A DNA stretch of 64,000 nucleotides from the human T2T-CHM13v2.0 reference genome, Homo sapiens (GCF_009914755.1 NC_060933.1), one strand, 5' to 3'; shown: positions 39,971 to 55,036, counted from the first letter of the stretch. Translations and numbers: made by a program. Notes: generated by a model from the letters alone, not told the origin.

Positions 39971-41919
39971 GTTTCTATGTGTACAAGAAGGGAGATTGGC
40001 TATACGAAAATTCTTTTGCCCCCGGGATGGGGTATGCTCTACATCCTCTCAGCTCTTGAGCAGTAGCCCTGGCTTGCTCCCCCATCTTTCCTACCTCTTC
40101 ACAGAACATACCCATCACTGTCACTCTCTCCTTGAGAGGCTGGGACCAGGAAGATCGTGTGAGGCCAACCCACCACACCTGCTTCCCCTATCAGGTATAG
40201 TAAAGTGGACTGGCTTTCCTTTTTATTGGTTTCTTACTACAAATTTTCCTGTCATTTCCTATTTCGACCTCTTTTATCTAAGCCTGGAATGCAGTCAGCA
40301 CATGTCATCCTTATTCAAATTTCGTACTTCAATATGAAATGATTGGGCTGTTGAATTCAGTCTTTCAGACATGTTCTTAACAGTACGTAGCCTACTAATA
40401 CAGCTGAAAGCATTGGCGTCTAGCCCTGGACATCCAAAATGGAAGACTGCTTCCATTCAAGAGAAAGGAGACCACTCATTGCACAAAGAGTAGAGAACGA
40501 CCCTGTTATACCTTATCTTGAATCTGAATTAACACTGAATTCTGCTTTTCACCATGACCTGAGTCTCATTTTGCAGGACTCAGGCTTTCAGACATGTACT
40601 GACACACTGTTTCTTTTTGTGAGTCTGTGCTTTGCTACACATGCAAGCACACACACACACCCCTACCTTCTCTACAATACCTGTATATTGAGTAAAAGAA
40701 TACCAGTAATAAGTAGCCACAACATTTCTTAAGTGCATGTGAGTTTGTAAGGAACTTTACCTGTATCATCTCAACAAACCCTCAAAGTGACATAAGTATC
40801 CCCTTAAAAAAAGGAAGAATTCGTTCCTTAACAAGGTCAAATAACCTGCCAGTGTAACAAAGACATGTACCAAAAAAAGAGCTGGGAATGGGCATTTCAA
40901 TATAAACCTGTGCTTTTGACTACCACAGTGCACTGCCAGTCAAGCTACGAGCAGAATTACTTGCAAATGGAAAGTATAGTGTAAAAGCACAAGGGAATCA
41001 ACCTTTATTGAGGACCTACTATGCCTCTGATACTGTATTTAACATTGTATATGCTTCAAACAATTTAAGCCTGCAGGATCAGGTATTAAGAGTATTCATG
41101 TGCCCAATGCTCATAACATTTGTAATATATTAATAAGAGGATGTTTGGAGTTCATACTCATGATGAAGAATGCTGTGACTAATTTCAAAGCTGATGTTAG
41201 GATTAGAAAGTTTATTGGGTAGAAGGCTTTCTCTGCTCCTGTATTTCTTCCACATTGACCTCTGGGATTCTGTGCTAAGATTCAGTCACATGAGGCAGGC
41301 TTCCCCTTGTTATTTCTGTAATGAATGACTAAATTATGAATGTTTTTAGAATATGCCTCATCTCAACAACTAGTATATTGTCTAAAACTAAAATGAGCTC
41401 AAATAAATATTAGATAAATAAATGAGTGAATATGTATTTCTGGTAAGTATTAACATGTTCAATCCCAACACCTTTGTGCAAGTTTTTGTTAAATGGGTCC
41501 CTTGATTGCCTGTATCAAATTCATCTCACACACTTGTTAAAATCAATTCATCAGCACCTCCCAGACCTCTTGAATCAGTCTCTGAATTGAATCTCAAAGG
41601 CCTACCTTTTAATAAGGCGTAGCATATAAATTGTTTAAATTTATATGCTAGAAGCATATAAAATTTCCAAAGCATATAAAATTTGTGACCTGGACTGTGG
41701 AGCAAATCAACTTAGTAAACAAATTTTCTTTGGGAAATACAGGCCTGGGGTAAGGCTAGGGCCTCAAGCTTTTGGAAGAATATTTTAAAAGGGTAAAGGT
41801 GAGCTGGAAATTGAACTACATCAACATCTAACCTGTGCCCAAGCTGGTCAACAATTTGGAAATTAGTGAATTGCCTTGATTTATTCTTAATTCTTTTTCA
41901 ACCCTAATTAACATTTATT

Positions 41920-43350
41920 TGACTTTTAAATTAATTGTAATTTTATTAAAGGAATAAATATAATTTAAAATATCAAATTGTGCTAATAGGCTTAGCAATA
42001 AAAACAGTCCCCTCTGCTTCCTTTCTTACATATCCTCCTCCCTGAAGGTAACCACTTTTAACTTTTTTAAATATTTGCTTAAGAATTTACCCTTATTTAT
42101 CTAAAACTACATGTATTTACTCCCATATCATAATTCATCACATTTAGATTTTCTTTTTATCTGTGTTGATAAATTTTTATGTATTTTGATAAATGAGAAT
42201 TTTAGCTCTCTTACACTCACTCTTCTCTACCATATGGCTATAACACAGTATCTTAATTATTAGATAAGGCAAATATTATTCATTGCTCAGTCAAGTGATA
42301 CATACTATGGTTACACACCCTTTATCACACACCTTTTTTTCCTGGTGTTAAGAGTTCCATCATTTTTTTTAAATTCTATTTGTTTATTCACATCTCTAAT
42401 TAAACCTCTTTTCATCTACCAAACTTTTTGAAATATGCCCCTTAATCGCTTTTGAACACGATTAAGCTCATTAGATAATTTATCATTTCTCTTTTAATGG
42501 ATATAATCCTATTTGAATTTTCCACTCGACTGCTCCAGTCTATATTTAATACATTGCTCTTTTGAGTTTCACTTTTGTTACCTGGGAATTTCTCTTTGCA
42601 AATTTTCTTTCCTTCACATCTGTATTAGATCCTGGTTCTGGTATATTTGTCTTTCTCGATTTACTCTTATCTTACTAGAAAACATCTTCCAGCAACTTGC
42701 TGAAAAAAAGTGCATTGGAATGAAAATTTTTGAGACCTCACATATCTGAGAATGCCTTTTGTCATTACATTAGACTTGTAATTGTTATGAGTAGAAGATT
42801 ATGGATTGAAGATCACTTCCTTCAAAATTTCAAAGGCACCATTGTTATCTACTTTTCAACAAAGTTGTTGGGAAGCCAACTGCCATTCTCACAGTATCCT
42901 GAAAACCTGATCCATTTTATGTTTGAATCCTTTTTTTCGATTTTCTATTCTTGGAAGATTTTTTAAGCTTGTTTTTATTGTGAATGTCTTGGTGTCAGTA
43001 CTCAGTGGGCCCCATTCATTTGAAGATATTTGTCCTTTGGTTCTCTTGTTTTGTTTCTTTGCTCATTTTTCTCTTACTTCTCTGCTTATTTTTTCATAAT
43101 TTCTACTAGATCTATCCTCTAATTTCCTTATTCTCAGTCTCTTTTTGTCCGTCTATTTGTTTTATTTCTGAATAACATTATTATCCAAAGTTTAGTGATT
43201 TTTAAAATTTTAAGCTATTATATTTTTAATTCCTAAAAGTTCCAACTCATTCTCAGATTATCCTTTTTAAAAATACCGTGTTCCAGAGTTCAGATATCTC
43301 CTAGTTTTCTCAAAGATAAACTATGTATTTCTTTTTAAAATTTTTTCTTA
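41920..43350 (-). mobile_element. HAL1/L1ME-like decayed LINE
   Basis: L1ME-like 3' end (gaaggtaaccactttta) running into ORF1-like antisense sequence. Confidence 0.5.
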
Positions 43351-46300
43351 TGTTTGGAGATTTTTAAGAGATGGAGTTAGAAAGTTCCTTATTTCGAAAT
43401 TTTGAAACCAGATGTCTTGAATCTGATTTTAAGAAATTTTACCTTAATTACAAATGGTTCCCAATCATTGTTCACTAATATAGTCACCTAAAAAGCTCAA
43501 GGACATCATTGGGCCTTATCTCAGATGTATCAAATCAGAAATCTCATAGGGGAAGATCCCGAAATCCGTTTTGTTTTGTTTGTGTCCCAGATGACTACAA
43601 GGCCAAGTTGGCAAATTGCTACATGGATATTTTGTTGTGTTCTTAACCCTTCTCATGTGATAGTGACTAAACCTTTTTATCTGTTTCTCACAGCAATATT
43701 CCCTCCAGACTAGCTTGTTCGCAATTTGGAACAGAAGGGAAGGATTGCAGGGATGTCAAAGGTCTATTGCATCACTTTGTTATTGAATGTACCCATGAAA
43801 CTGCACGTCTCCTTTGCCTTACATTCTATTTGCCATAGGCCAGAAGTAAAGGTCTTCATCTAGTATGACTACATTTTATTTTTCTTTGTCCAGCGTCATC
43901 CAGTGCCACTCTTTTCCCTTTTATCCATAACGTTCCTTTGCACACGAATGAATATATATTCTGTATTCCAACCACAGCGATCGCCCTGCCTTCATTCTAC
44001 CATAACGCATGGTATCATGTCTCCTTGTCTTTCCACATACTGCAACAATAAATAGATTACTATTCCTTGTGCTGCATCTTTCTAAAAAGTCCAGAATAAT
44101 ATGTGGGATAGATTAGGTGAAGGAGCTTCAATGTACATGGACCCCGTTTTCTGTTTGTTATATCCCCTCAACCCACACACACAGATCTCCAGCTTTGTTC
44201 ATTCGGTTCTAATATGACACTCCCCAAAAATGTCCGCCTCTTTATCACAGTCACCTGGAGTTACAGCCGTTAAGAAAAACATGCTTGAAATCAATGTTTC
44301 TTATGAGAGACTAACGCTAATAAAACTGTACAACAACCAATTTTATTCTCTCCCCAGCCTTGCAACTGCTGGGGAAATTAAGACATTATAGTTATTAGTC
44401 TGATCTCGAAACTCCGTTATAAATAAAATGTGACAGCAGATTTAATTGTTGAGAATCAGATCCTTAGTTCCTTAGAACAATACTCTACCAGGAAATTTGC
44501 TGGAAAAACTAAGTGCTTTTATGGCAAATAGATCTGTCCTGCCTCCTTCTCATTGCAAACAGAGTCGAGTATGCATGTAACCTATTGTCAGCCCCTCACC
44601 CACTCACCAGGCAAAATTCCAGGGACATGAAGTCAAAGTTGTCATCCTATGATACACAACTGAATTACACTTTCCTTTGCCACACATAAAAGGGGGCAAA
44701 GGTGGAAAATAGGCTGGGCTTAGAAATAAAAAAGGACACTGTCATTTTGTAGGGAATTTGAGTTAAAATAGGGTCAAAATGAAATGACACTTTCAACGAC
44801 CAATTCAGAGTCAATGAAAATACCAGATAGTGTTTGCAAAGCCACGGCCTCTTGAAAAGCATTCTAAGGAAATTGCTTAAAGTGTCTATATGTGCATAAT
44901 TGTTTATTCTCAGAACTATGGGCCAGTTCTCTCTGAGCACATACTCAAATCACAGCACACAGTAACATATAGGCCTGGGGGCAGTCAAAAACAAAACATG
45001 CAGTTCTCTTTGTAGGTCAAATTCCAAAGCTAAGAACTTTGGGAATATGTCTAAATGTTCCCCCCCTTGAGAATAGAGGCCTTAGGAGGACATGGTCATA
45101 TAACCTAGGGGTCATTTACAGAAATACCCCAGGACCCTGTAGGAGTTAAAAAGACCACCTAAGAGAGCCTTGAAGATGAAGTTTCCCATAAATGGGGGAT
45201 TAATGAATTTGGAAGACAATGAAGTGCAAAGAGATGAGTCAACCTTTGAGCCATAACTTGAATAAAGGGGTAAACAATTATTAGGAAGTGAGCTCCAGAT
45301 TGTTTGTCCACTTGGGTTCACCATCTCTGGTGCAGATGTGGCCCCTTCCCTAATGTGATTACTAACAGGTAATCCAGCACCAGGCAAGTGTGAGTTTCTG
45401 ACAATTTGCAGAATTCTTACCAAGCAGGAACTAGAAATCACATGGGAATTTGAGTGAGACCTGGCTATTGAGGACCTAAATAAATCCTTATGGAATCAAA
45501 TCAATAATATATATATGCGTATCTAAATTTTCATATTAATAATTAATTTGCCTATATTTGCAAATTGTATAACATAAGAAGCTATAAAATGTATATAAAA
45601 ATTAGTGTTTATAACATTTGTAACACTGTCCCATTTAATCCTCACTTCCATGTAGTTCCATTTTACAGATGGGAAAGTTGAGGCCCAGGAAAGGTTAAAA
45701 GGAATGATCTGAGATCCCGTAGCTGAGACCTGAGATTCCAAATAAGTTTTTAATCTCAAAATCAAAGTGGTTTTTTTAATCAAGGAAGAAAAATTCTATT
45801 TGAACCAATTCTAAGTTTTTCCATGCTTTTTATTACTTATACCTTCACCTCACATCTTTTCACATGAAAATAATTTAACTATTTAAATAATTTAAGTATT
45901 TAGGGCTAAGGGAGACCATCCACATTCCCAAATATCACACTACTAACACTGTGTTAGAGCCATCTGCAAAAAAATGGCCAATGTTATGAACTGAGTCTTC
46001 ATCTTTTACTGAATGTCAAGTGTTAAATTCCGTGAGAAGCGGCATCTTACAGAATGCACAGCATTTTCAGCATTTCCCCATTATGGATTCCAAGTCTCTG
46101 CATTAATGCAAACATAGGGTCTGATATCCTTTAATATTAAATCCCCACTCTAGCCATCTCTAACAGAAAGTGGCCTTTGGGTGCCTGCCTGAAATAAATG
46201 GGGCTGGACAGGCACATTGGTCTTTTCTGGCACCCCAGAAACCAGAGATATTCCTCCCACAGTGATTTTGTGTGCAGCACTGAGTGCATGAATCTTGGAT

Positions 46301-48908
46301 GTTGTTTCAAAAGGAACCATGAGCCATTTATTCTTAGCCTGAAATTGGCAGGCTTTACATTTTGGAGAATTTTTAATAGGACTAGCAGAGGAACCAACAT
46401 TAGGGATTATTTTCTCAGTGTGGGGTTAGATGTGTAATGCATATGTTTGCCCTGAGGACCCCAAGCCACATACTGTAAAACTCTGTTAAAATGCCTTTCT
46501 CTGCAACTATTAACATTTTCCTGTGCACATTGTTCATTTATAATAGTCCCAGCCAAAAGTTTAGAAAGCTATGTTCCCCCATAGACCATTATTTTTATGC
46601 TAATTAATTAGCAAAACCAATATCTCAGCTATGAGATTCCAAGCTCTAGCTACTCAGTTTGGCTGAAATCTGTTTTTCTAATTATTGACTACTTTCTGCT
46701 ACTTTAAGTCCGCCACCTAAGTTCTTGGACAGAGCTAGCTTCTGGGAGCAGGGGATGTCTCCAATGGCAACACAGTTCCACACTGAGTGGTGGAGTGGGA
46801 GGGAGGGATTGCAGCTGTTGGAGTCACTGTGGATTTGGGAGGAAGTAAGAGGAAGAAAGAGAGGAGATTTGTAGGACAGACTTAAAAAGGAAAAGACTAA
46901 GATCTTTTGACAAAATTTCAGTGAGGTGCAATTCTCTAAAGTTGCTAATACACTTCAACACTCTTAAAGGGAACATAGTATTAAAAACATATACAACAAG
47001 GAGATAATGAGTTAGACTCATCTGGAAAATAATTCTGTGTATATATTCTTGTGTTCTTAGGCTCTTGATTCTTTGATTTTATTTCTGAATTCCTGGAGCT
47101 GACTATATTTTTATTTCCAATTTGACAGGAATTTAGGCAGATTGTTTTCTCATTATTTCCCATATTTACAATTTACATTGCCTGTCTGATTGCTTACATT
47201 TGGGCATACAGATATACAGATATGAATATACACACATATAAATAGATACAAATAGATATAATCTCTCATGGATTTTCTATCTGATTATGATGGTTTTTAT
47301 AAGGGTAAGAGGGAACAGAGCAGCTACTAATACTCTGAGCATAAACCATGCCTCATGGGCTATGTGTTCCATCTCATTCTAACTTTATAACAACCAAAGA
47401 AGAAAGAGTGATTATCCCTAGGTAACAGATGAGAATAATGAAGACTAGAGAGGTTACATATGTGACTAAGGTCCTAGTATGTGGTAGAGATAAGACTTGA
47501 ATACAGATTTGTCTAGAAGAACACTGAGGCTCTTTCTCCTAAAACATGTTTCTTGGAAAAAGACTTGCACAACACGTGTATGCCTGCAGTTTGTTCTTAA
47601 AAGGAAAGTTCTCCTTTTAATTCCTTATTATGAACATTTACTTTTAACTCCTAAGACCACTCTCTGAGTGTGTACAAATGTATCATTGTCATAAGACATT
47701 TTTACACCTGTCAAATGGGAAAGGTCATTTCTTAAGAGCAGCCAGCTGTAAGTCAGGGGTTTTAAAATTAAAGAAGGAATTATGGGGCGTGACAGGCAAT
47801 AAAGAAGGGGATTGTGTGGGAGAAACAAAACAGTTTGAAAAAGAAGAATCAGAGACCAAAGTTATATTTGGGGGATAGGAGGCAGGGTTGGTGTTTGGTG
47901 GTTTGTTTCTTTTTTTGCTAAGGGCAATTTTTCTCAGGAATCTATCCCACCCTTCAATATTTGGTGCCTTTCTAGGCACACATTAAGATCAGCGATTCCC
48001 TAAGTTCACAATATAGCGCTACAGCAACTAATTCTCCAATAATCTGATAATTTACTCTGTTAGTAATAATAACCAGCAAGGACTAAAGAGCTTAACTCCT
48101 TATTTTCCTCACTTCCAGATGATTTCCTTAGCTTTCAATAGAACCTTGAATGCTTTTGTCAGGAAAAATAATTCAACTGGCACCCCTTGAGGAATCGTGG
48201 AGGAAATTTTGCCATCATTTGCATTTTGAGTATTTCCCGAATTTTAATTATCCGTGATTGAACCACTAGTATGATTTCACCATCTTATATTACAGGTTTA
48301 GTATGATATACTATTTTTTATATTGACCCCTACTTTTACTGATATAGTTTTGGTTCTATTTGTTTTTTAGATGATAGCTGAGTGGTTTATTGAATTGTCT
48401 CAGCTTGGAGGAGTAAAAACATGTTATTGTTTTATTTTTCTCGAATCATTGCCCCTGGTACTATGTCAAATCTCTCTAACCCCTGAAAAAAGTATTGAAT
48501 CCCGTCTTGGGCAGATTTCAAAAATCTCTCAGGGGCTTTTGGTTATTAAAGTTGCAATTGTCCATTTTCAGTTTTTAGTTATGAGCCAGTATAAAATTTC
48601 TTTCTCTACTCCATTGAAACATATATATTCAACCACTGCAGCCCAGGTTACTGGCATCAGACTTGAAGAAGGAGAGGGCAAAATTGACTCTTACTCTTTT
48701 CCCTAATCCTTGACCTTGGAATGCAGGCTATCTTATCTGTTCCATCCTCCTCTCTACATTTTTAAGGCCCCATTCTGTAGACATCCTCTTGGAGTTAACA
48801 GTCTCTGTTCTCTGGTAGCTGTGAGTCTTTTTGTGCGGGCACCAAGCAACTCTAGGCTCAATCTCTTCCAAATATCTCCAGTTCTGTTCCCCATCAAAAC
48901 ACCATATG

Positions 48909-49210
48909 ACGCCTGTAATCCCAGCACTTTGGGAGGCCGAGGCAGGCGGATCACGAGGTCAGGAGATCAAGACCATCCTGGCTAACACAGTGAAACCCCG
49001 TCTCTACTAAAAAATACAAAAAATTAGCCAGGCGTGGTGGCGGGTGCCTGTAGTCCCAGTTACTCAGGAGGCTGAGGGGGAGAATGGCGTGAACCTGGCA
49101 GGCGGAGGTTGCAGTGAGCCGAGATCGCGCCACTGCACTCCAGCCTAGGCAACAGAGCGAGACTCCATCTCAAAAAACAGAAACAAAAACAAAAACAAAA
49201 ACAAAAAAAA
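48909..49210 (+). mobile_element. AluY, 5'-truncated by ~19 nt, (CAAAAA)n tail
   Basis: Y diagnostics (ggatcacgaggtcaggagat, gaatggcgtgaacc). Flanking repeat catatgac at 48903-48910 and 49211-49218. Confidence 0.9.
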
Positions 49211-49649
49211 CATATGACATCCTTTATTTTAACACTTCAGTGGTTTTTAGTATATTCACTCTATTGTATAGTCATCACCACTATATGTTTTAAAAGAAAG
49301 TTTTATATCACAACTACAAACATTTTTTTAAAACGCATCATTTGCCCTAATTAGAAGGTAATAGAAGAAAATTACAATGAAAACAAAACTGTGTTATTCA
49401 TTCTTTGTTACTAAATAGTGCTGCCCATTGAAGTCTTTGGGCTTGAGATATATTCTTATTGCTAAGGAGAGATGTCATTGAGGGCTACATTGATATTGAG
49501 CAAGTGAGATTTTCTCCATTCTTATGAATCATCAAAAAGATTAAAGGTGAAAAAATGTTTTTCAAACGTGATTTCATAATTGAATTACTCAATGTCAAGT
49601 CCACTTAAAAATCACCAAAGACATGTGTTGTACACTTGAGGAAAACATT

Positions 49650-50040
49650 GTGTTGGGTATTTCCTGCTGTGTTTAGAGATGGCCCTCCTTTTTCCAGGAT
49701 CCCTATGCTTTCCTCATTTTCCTTAGCCCTTTTCATGTTTGGATCTCTACAGTTACACCATTCTAGCCATAGCAAATGGCACGTGGGGAATAATTAAGGA
49801 ACCCAGCCAACAAACAGAACTGAGGCCCCAGACATAGGGCCCCAGTTGAGTTGTCCCAGCATTTCCAGCCATTCCCACCACCCCAGCCAAGATCCAGTAA
49901 TTACGGAGCAGAGGCGAGTGACCAATTTCACCATTCCTTAATTATCGACCCACAAACTTGTAAGTATAGTAAAATGGTTATTGCTTCTTGGCACTGGATT
50001 TGGGGATGATTTATTATACAAAATTAGATACCAAAACCAA
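49650..50040 (+). mobile_element. MLT1 (G/H-like) LTR
   Basis: gacccacaaacttgtaag...aaaatggttattgc...ttggggatgatttatta terminus. Confidence 0.65.
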
Positions 50041-50047
50041 AAATTCA

Positions 50048-50184
50048 TAGGGTGACTATTTACCCATGTTTTCCCAGAACAGTCCCAGTATACACCTGTC
50101 GTCCCAACATAATTATGATTAGTGCTGGTTTCATTCACCCTTTAAGGCATCCCAGTTTGGATGACAGTTATATGTTCACTCTTC
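50048..50184 (-). mobile_element. MER94-like hAT-Blackjack MITE
   Basis: tagggtgac TIR, cagtcccagtatacacctgtcgtccc. Confidence 0.75.
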
Positions 50185-51776
50185 TAATATGCCATGTTCT
50201 GTACTCAAATTATGGTCTTGCCAAATGTCTAGTCTTCTAGTATCTTAAAGTTTGCATAACAGAGAGCCGAATGTTGCTTGCTTCTGAATTTGGACCACCA
50301 GTTGTGACTGAGCATACATATTGCTCTCAAGAAAAATTCAGAATTCTTTAAGTTTGCCTGAAAGAAAATAGATGCTTAAAATATATATTTATAAAAAGAT
50401 TTCTCAACCGGTGACACTGAAAAGACCACATACCAAAATGTTATTTACATTGTGGTACCTAGTAACAGAAGAAACAGGTGTAAAGGAGAGAAAACAAAAT
50501 TTTGTTGCCATGTTTCAATTTTCATTGCCACACATTATTGAAAGAACCCAAAGCAATAGACACTATTTTCAAGACTATCAGGCAAACTACGTGTTCAAAG
50601 ACAAAGAAGGAAAATGTTGTTCACGTTTACTAAAAGCTGTTCCTTCTTCATTGCATCTATATAGCAAGCACAATTACATGTGTTATTTAATTTTCATGGC
50701 AAACCTGTGAGATAGGTACTACTATCAACCCCATTTTACAGATGAGGAAATGGAAGCTTGCAGAGTTAAGTAGTCTGCACAATCAATGCTGATAAATACA
50801 AGAGGCAGGATTTATACCCAGGCAGTCTGATTCCAGATCCTGTTCTCTTAGTCTTTAGCACTTACCGTCTCTCTATTCAAATATAACATAGAGAAATTAA
50901 TTTGTCTGCATCAAATCAATTTGTAAGTATCATAAAATGCTAGATATGATATAATTTTGTGAAGAAAATGATTCTGTATTTTCTCATTATTTCCTTCTGG
51001 TGAATCTATTTCTCTTCTATTACAATCTGATCAGTCTTACAGGAAAGCAAAATCAAATATTACTGGGTACATTGTCTGTGGTAAATAACAATTTTAAGAT
51101 GCTAAACCTACCAGTATTTAGCAATATTTCACTTAGATTATATACTAATTATACCTACATATTATGCTGCTTAGGATGTATATTATTTATAACAAGCCAT
51201 TGTTGAAGAGTGATTAGTTCTACAAGGGCTGGTCCTTGGCTTGATATTTGTCAATTTTTTTTTCCTTTTCCTTTTAGCTGACATGTAATAAGTATACATT
51301 TTTATGGAATACAGAGTAAAGTTGCAATACATGTATAAAATGTATTATGATCTAATGAGGGTAATTAGCATATCTATCACTTCAAACATTTATCATGTCT
51401 TTGTGTTGGGAACTTCAAAATCTTTTCTTCTAGCTGTTTGAAAATATACAATAGATTATTAGTAACTATATTCAGCTTATATTGCTACAGAACACTAGAA
51501 CTTATTCCTTTCATCTAGGTATAATTTTGTATCTGTTAACCAACTCCTCCTTATCTTCTTCTCTCCATTTTACCCTTTCCAGACTCTAATAATCACAATT
51601 TTACTCTCTACTTCTGAGCTCAACATTATTTTAGCTCCCACCTGAGTGAGAGCATGCAGTATTTATGTTTTTGGACCTGACTTATTTCACCTAACAGGAT
51701 GTCCTCCTGACTCATCTATGTTGTTCCAAATGACAGGATTTCATTCTTATGGCTAAGTAGTATTCTATTGTGTATT

Positions 51777-51816
<40 letters not shown>
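51777..51816. repeat. (TG)n microsatellite
   Basis: About 20 TG units with one interruption. Confidence 0.95.
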
Positions 51817-51821
<5 letters not shown>

Positions 51822-53754
51822 AATGTATGTATGTATATGGCACATTGTCTTTACTCACTTAAGTTGATTCTATGTCTTGGCTATTATGAACAGTGCTGCA
51901 ATAAACATGGAGGTGCAGATATCTCTTCAATATACTGATTTCCTTTCCTTTGGATAAATACCCAGTAGTGAGATAGCTAGATCATATGGTAGTGTTATTT
52001 TTAGTTTTTTGAGAAACTTCCAAACTGTTTTCCATAATAGCTGTACTAATTTACATTCACACCAACGACATATGAAAATTCCCTTTTCTCTGCGTCCTTT
52101 TCGGCATTTGTTATTTTTTTAAATAGTAGCCATACTAACTGGGGTAAGATGGTAGATTATTGTGGTTTTAATTTGAATTTTCCTGATGATTAGTGACGTT
52201 GGGCATGTCTTCTATACTTCTTGGTGGTTTTCCTGTCTTCTTTTGAGAAATCTCCTTTCAAATCCTTTGCCCATTTTTAAATCAGATTTGGTTTTTTTCT
52301 GCTGTTGAGTTTCTTGTATATTATGAATATTAGTGCCTAATTGGACAAATAAGTTAGAAATATTTCCTCCCATTCTACAGGTTGTCTCTTTACTCTGTTG
52401 ATTGTTTCCTTTGCCATGCAGAAACTTTTTAGTTTCATATAGTCACATTTGTCTATTTTTGGTTTTGTTGCCTGTTCTTCTGAAGCCTTGCCCATGAAAT
52501 CTTTGCCCAGAACAATGCCCTGATGTGTTCTCCCTATTTTTTTCTAGCAGTTTTATAGTTTTGGGTCTTATATTTGAGTCTTTATTTTGAGTTGATTTTC
52601 GCATATGGTGAAAGACAGGGGTCTAGTTTCATTCTTCTCTATGTGGATATCCAGTTTTCCTAGCACCATTTATTGAAGAAGGTATCCCTTTCCCAATGGA
52701 TGTTCTTAGCATCTTTGTCAAAAATCAAGTTAGCTGTAAATACGCAAATTTATCTCTGGGTTCTGTATTCTGATCCTTTGGTTTATGTGTCTGTTTTTAT
52801 ACCAATACCAGGCTATTTTGGTTACTATGGCTTTGTGGTATATTTTGAAGTCAGATAATGTGATGCCTCCAGCTTTGTTCTTTTGCTCAGTGTCTCTTTT
52901 GGTTCCATATAAATTTTAGGATTTTTCTACTTCTCTAAGAAATGTTGTAGGTATTTTGATAAAGATTACATTGAATCTGTATATTTCTTTGGGTAGTATA
53001 TTTTAATAATACTAATTCTTTTTGTGTTCTCTTCAATTTTTTCATCAATGTTCTAATACTTTCATCGTAGATATCTTTCACCCCTTGGTTAGATTTATTT
53101 CTAGATTTTTTTGTAGCTATTGTGGATTTTTTTTCAGTTGGTTTGCTATTGGTTTATAAAAACACTACTGATTTGTGTATATTGATTTTCTATCTCACAA
53201 TTTTCATGAATATGTTTACTAGTACTGAGTTTTTGATGGAGTTTTTAGGATTGTCTATACGTAAGATAATGTCATCTATAAAGTGGGACAACTTGACTTT
53301 CTCTTTTCCAATTTGGATACCCTTTATTTCTTTCTCCTGCCTAATTGCTTTGGCTAAGAAGTTCAATACTACACTGACTAAGAGTCATGAAAGTGAACAT
53401 CTTTGTCTTATTCCAGTCCTTAGAGGAAAAACTTTCAGCTTCTTCCTATTCAATATGAAGTTAGCTCTGGGTTTGTCATATATGGCCTTTATTATGTTAT
53501 GTCTCTTCTATACCTAATTTGTTGAGAGTGTTTATCATAAATGGATGTTGAATTTTATCAAATACTTTTTCTGAATCTATTAAGATGATCATATGGTTTT
53601 TCTCTATTCTATTCTGTTGATGTGATGTGTCATATTTATTGGTTCACATATGTGGAAACTTCTTGCATCCATAGAATAAATCCCATGGTGTATTAGCTTT
53701 TGATGTGCTGTTGGATTAGATTTGCTGGTATTTTGATGAGGATTTTTTAGTTTA

Positions 53755-54483
53755 TGTCCTTTTAGTTTGTTTTCTGTTGCTTTTAACAGAATACTCTGAA
53801 ACTGGGTAATTTACAAATAAAATATTTATGTCTTACACTTATGGCAGTTGAGAAGTCCAAGGTCAAGGGGCTGCATCTGTTGAGAGGCTTCTTGCTGATG
53901 GGAGTTCTCTTCAGAGTTCCAAGGTGGCACAGGACGTTAAATGGCCAAGGATGCTGTATGTACTAGCTCAGGTCTTTCTTCCTCTTCTTATAAAGTCACT
54001 ATTTCCACTCCTATGATAACCCATTCATCTATTAACCAATAGATCCATGAATTAATTTATTCATGAGTGCAGAATCCTCATGACCCAATCACCTCTTAAA
54101 GACGCCATCTATCAATACTGCCACATTGGAGATTAAGTTTTAACATCAGGCGGGGTGCGGTGGCTCACACCTGTAATCCGAGCCTTTTGGGAGGCTGAAG
54201 CAGGTGGATCACTTGAGTCCAGGAGTTCGAAGCCAGCATGGGCAACATGGCAAAACTCTGTCTCTACAAAAAATTTAGCCAGGTATGGTGTCATGCACCT
54301 GAAGTCCCAGCTAACTGGGAGGCTGAGGTGGGAGGATTGCTTGAGCCCTGTAAGTTGAGGCTTCAGTGAGTCAATCATGCCACTGCACTCTTGCCTGGCT
54401 ACAGAGTGAGACCCTGTCTCAAATAAATAAATAAATAAGTTTTAACCTGAGTTTTGGAGGAGACAATGATGTAAACCGTTGTA
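53755..54483 (-). mobile_element. MSTB2-like solo LTR inside the L1, split by AluJ
   Basis: gaaactgggtaattta...gagaagtccaaggtcaaggggctgcatctg...aatcacctcttaaa. Confidence 0.85.
54149..54436 (+). mobile_element. AluJ with (TAAA)n tail
   Basis: TSD aagttttaacatca / aagttttaacctga. Confidence 0.9.
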
Positions 54484-55036
54484 TACATTCATCTGAAATA
54501 TGGGCCTGCCCTTTTCTTTTTTTGTTGTGTCCTTGTCTGGTTTTGTTATCAGGATAATTCTAGCCCTGTAGAATGAGTTAGAAAGAATTCCCACCTCTTC
54601 AGTTTTTTGAAATAGTTTGAGAAGAATTGGTGTTAGTTCTTCTTTAAAAGTTTGGTATACTTCACCAAGAAAGTCATCTCATCCTGGCCTTTTCCTCGTT
54701 GGGAGACTTTTTATTAACGATTCAATTTTGTTACTCATTATTGGCCTGTTCAGGTCTTCTATTACTTTCTGGTTTAGTCTTGGTAGATTATATGTGTCTA
54801 GGAATTTATCCATTTCTTCTGGATTTTTCAAGTTGTTGGTGTATACTTGTGTACATAATAGTCTCTAATGAGTCTTTGTATTTCCGTGATATCGGATGTT
54901 GTGTCTCCTTTTTTGTTCATGATTTTATTTGTGTATTCTGTTTCTTAATCTAATGAATAGTTTGCCAATTTTGGTCACCATTTCAAAAAAAAAAACAAGT
55001 TTTCATTTTTCTGATCTATTATTTTCTCTTTCCCTA

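Noticed and set aside
48371-48706. 111-aa ORF starting right after a T-rich AG acceptor-like site
   Set aside because: No good donor downstream and no recognisable protein similarity
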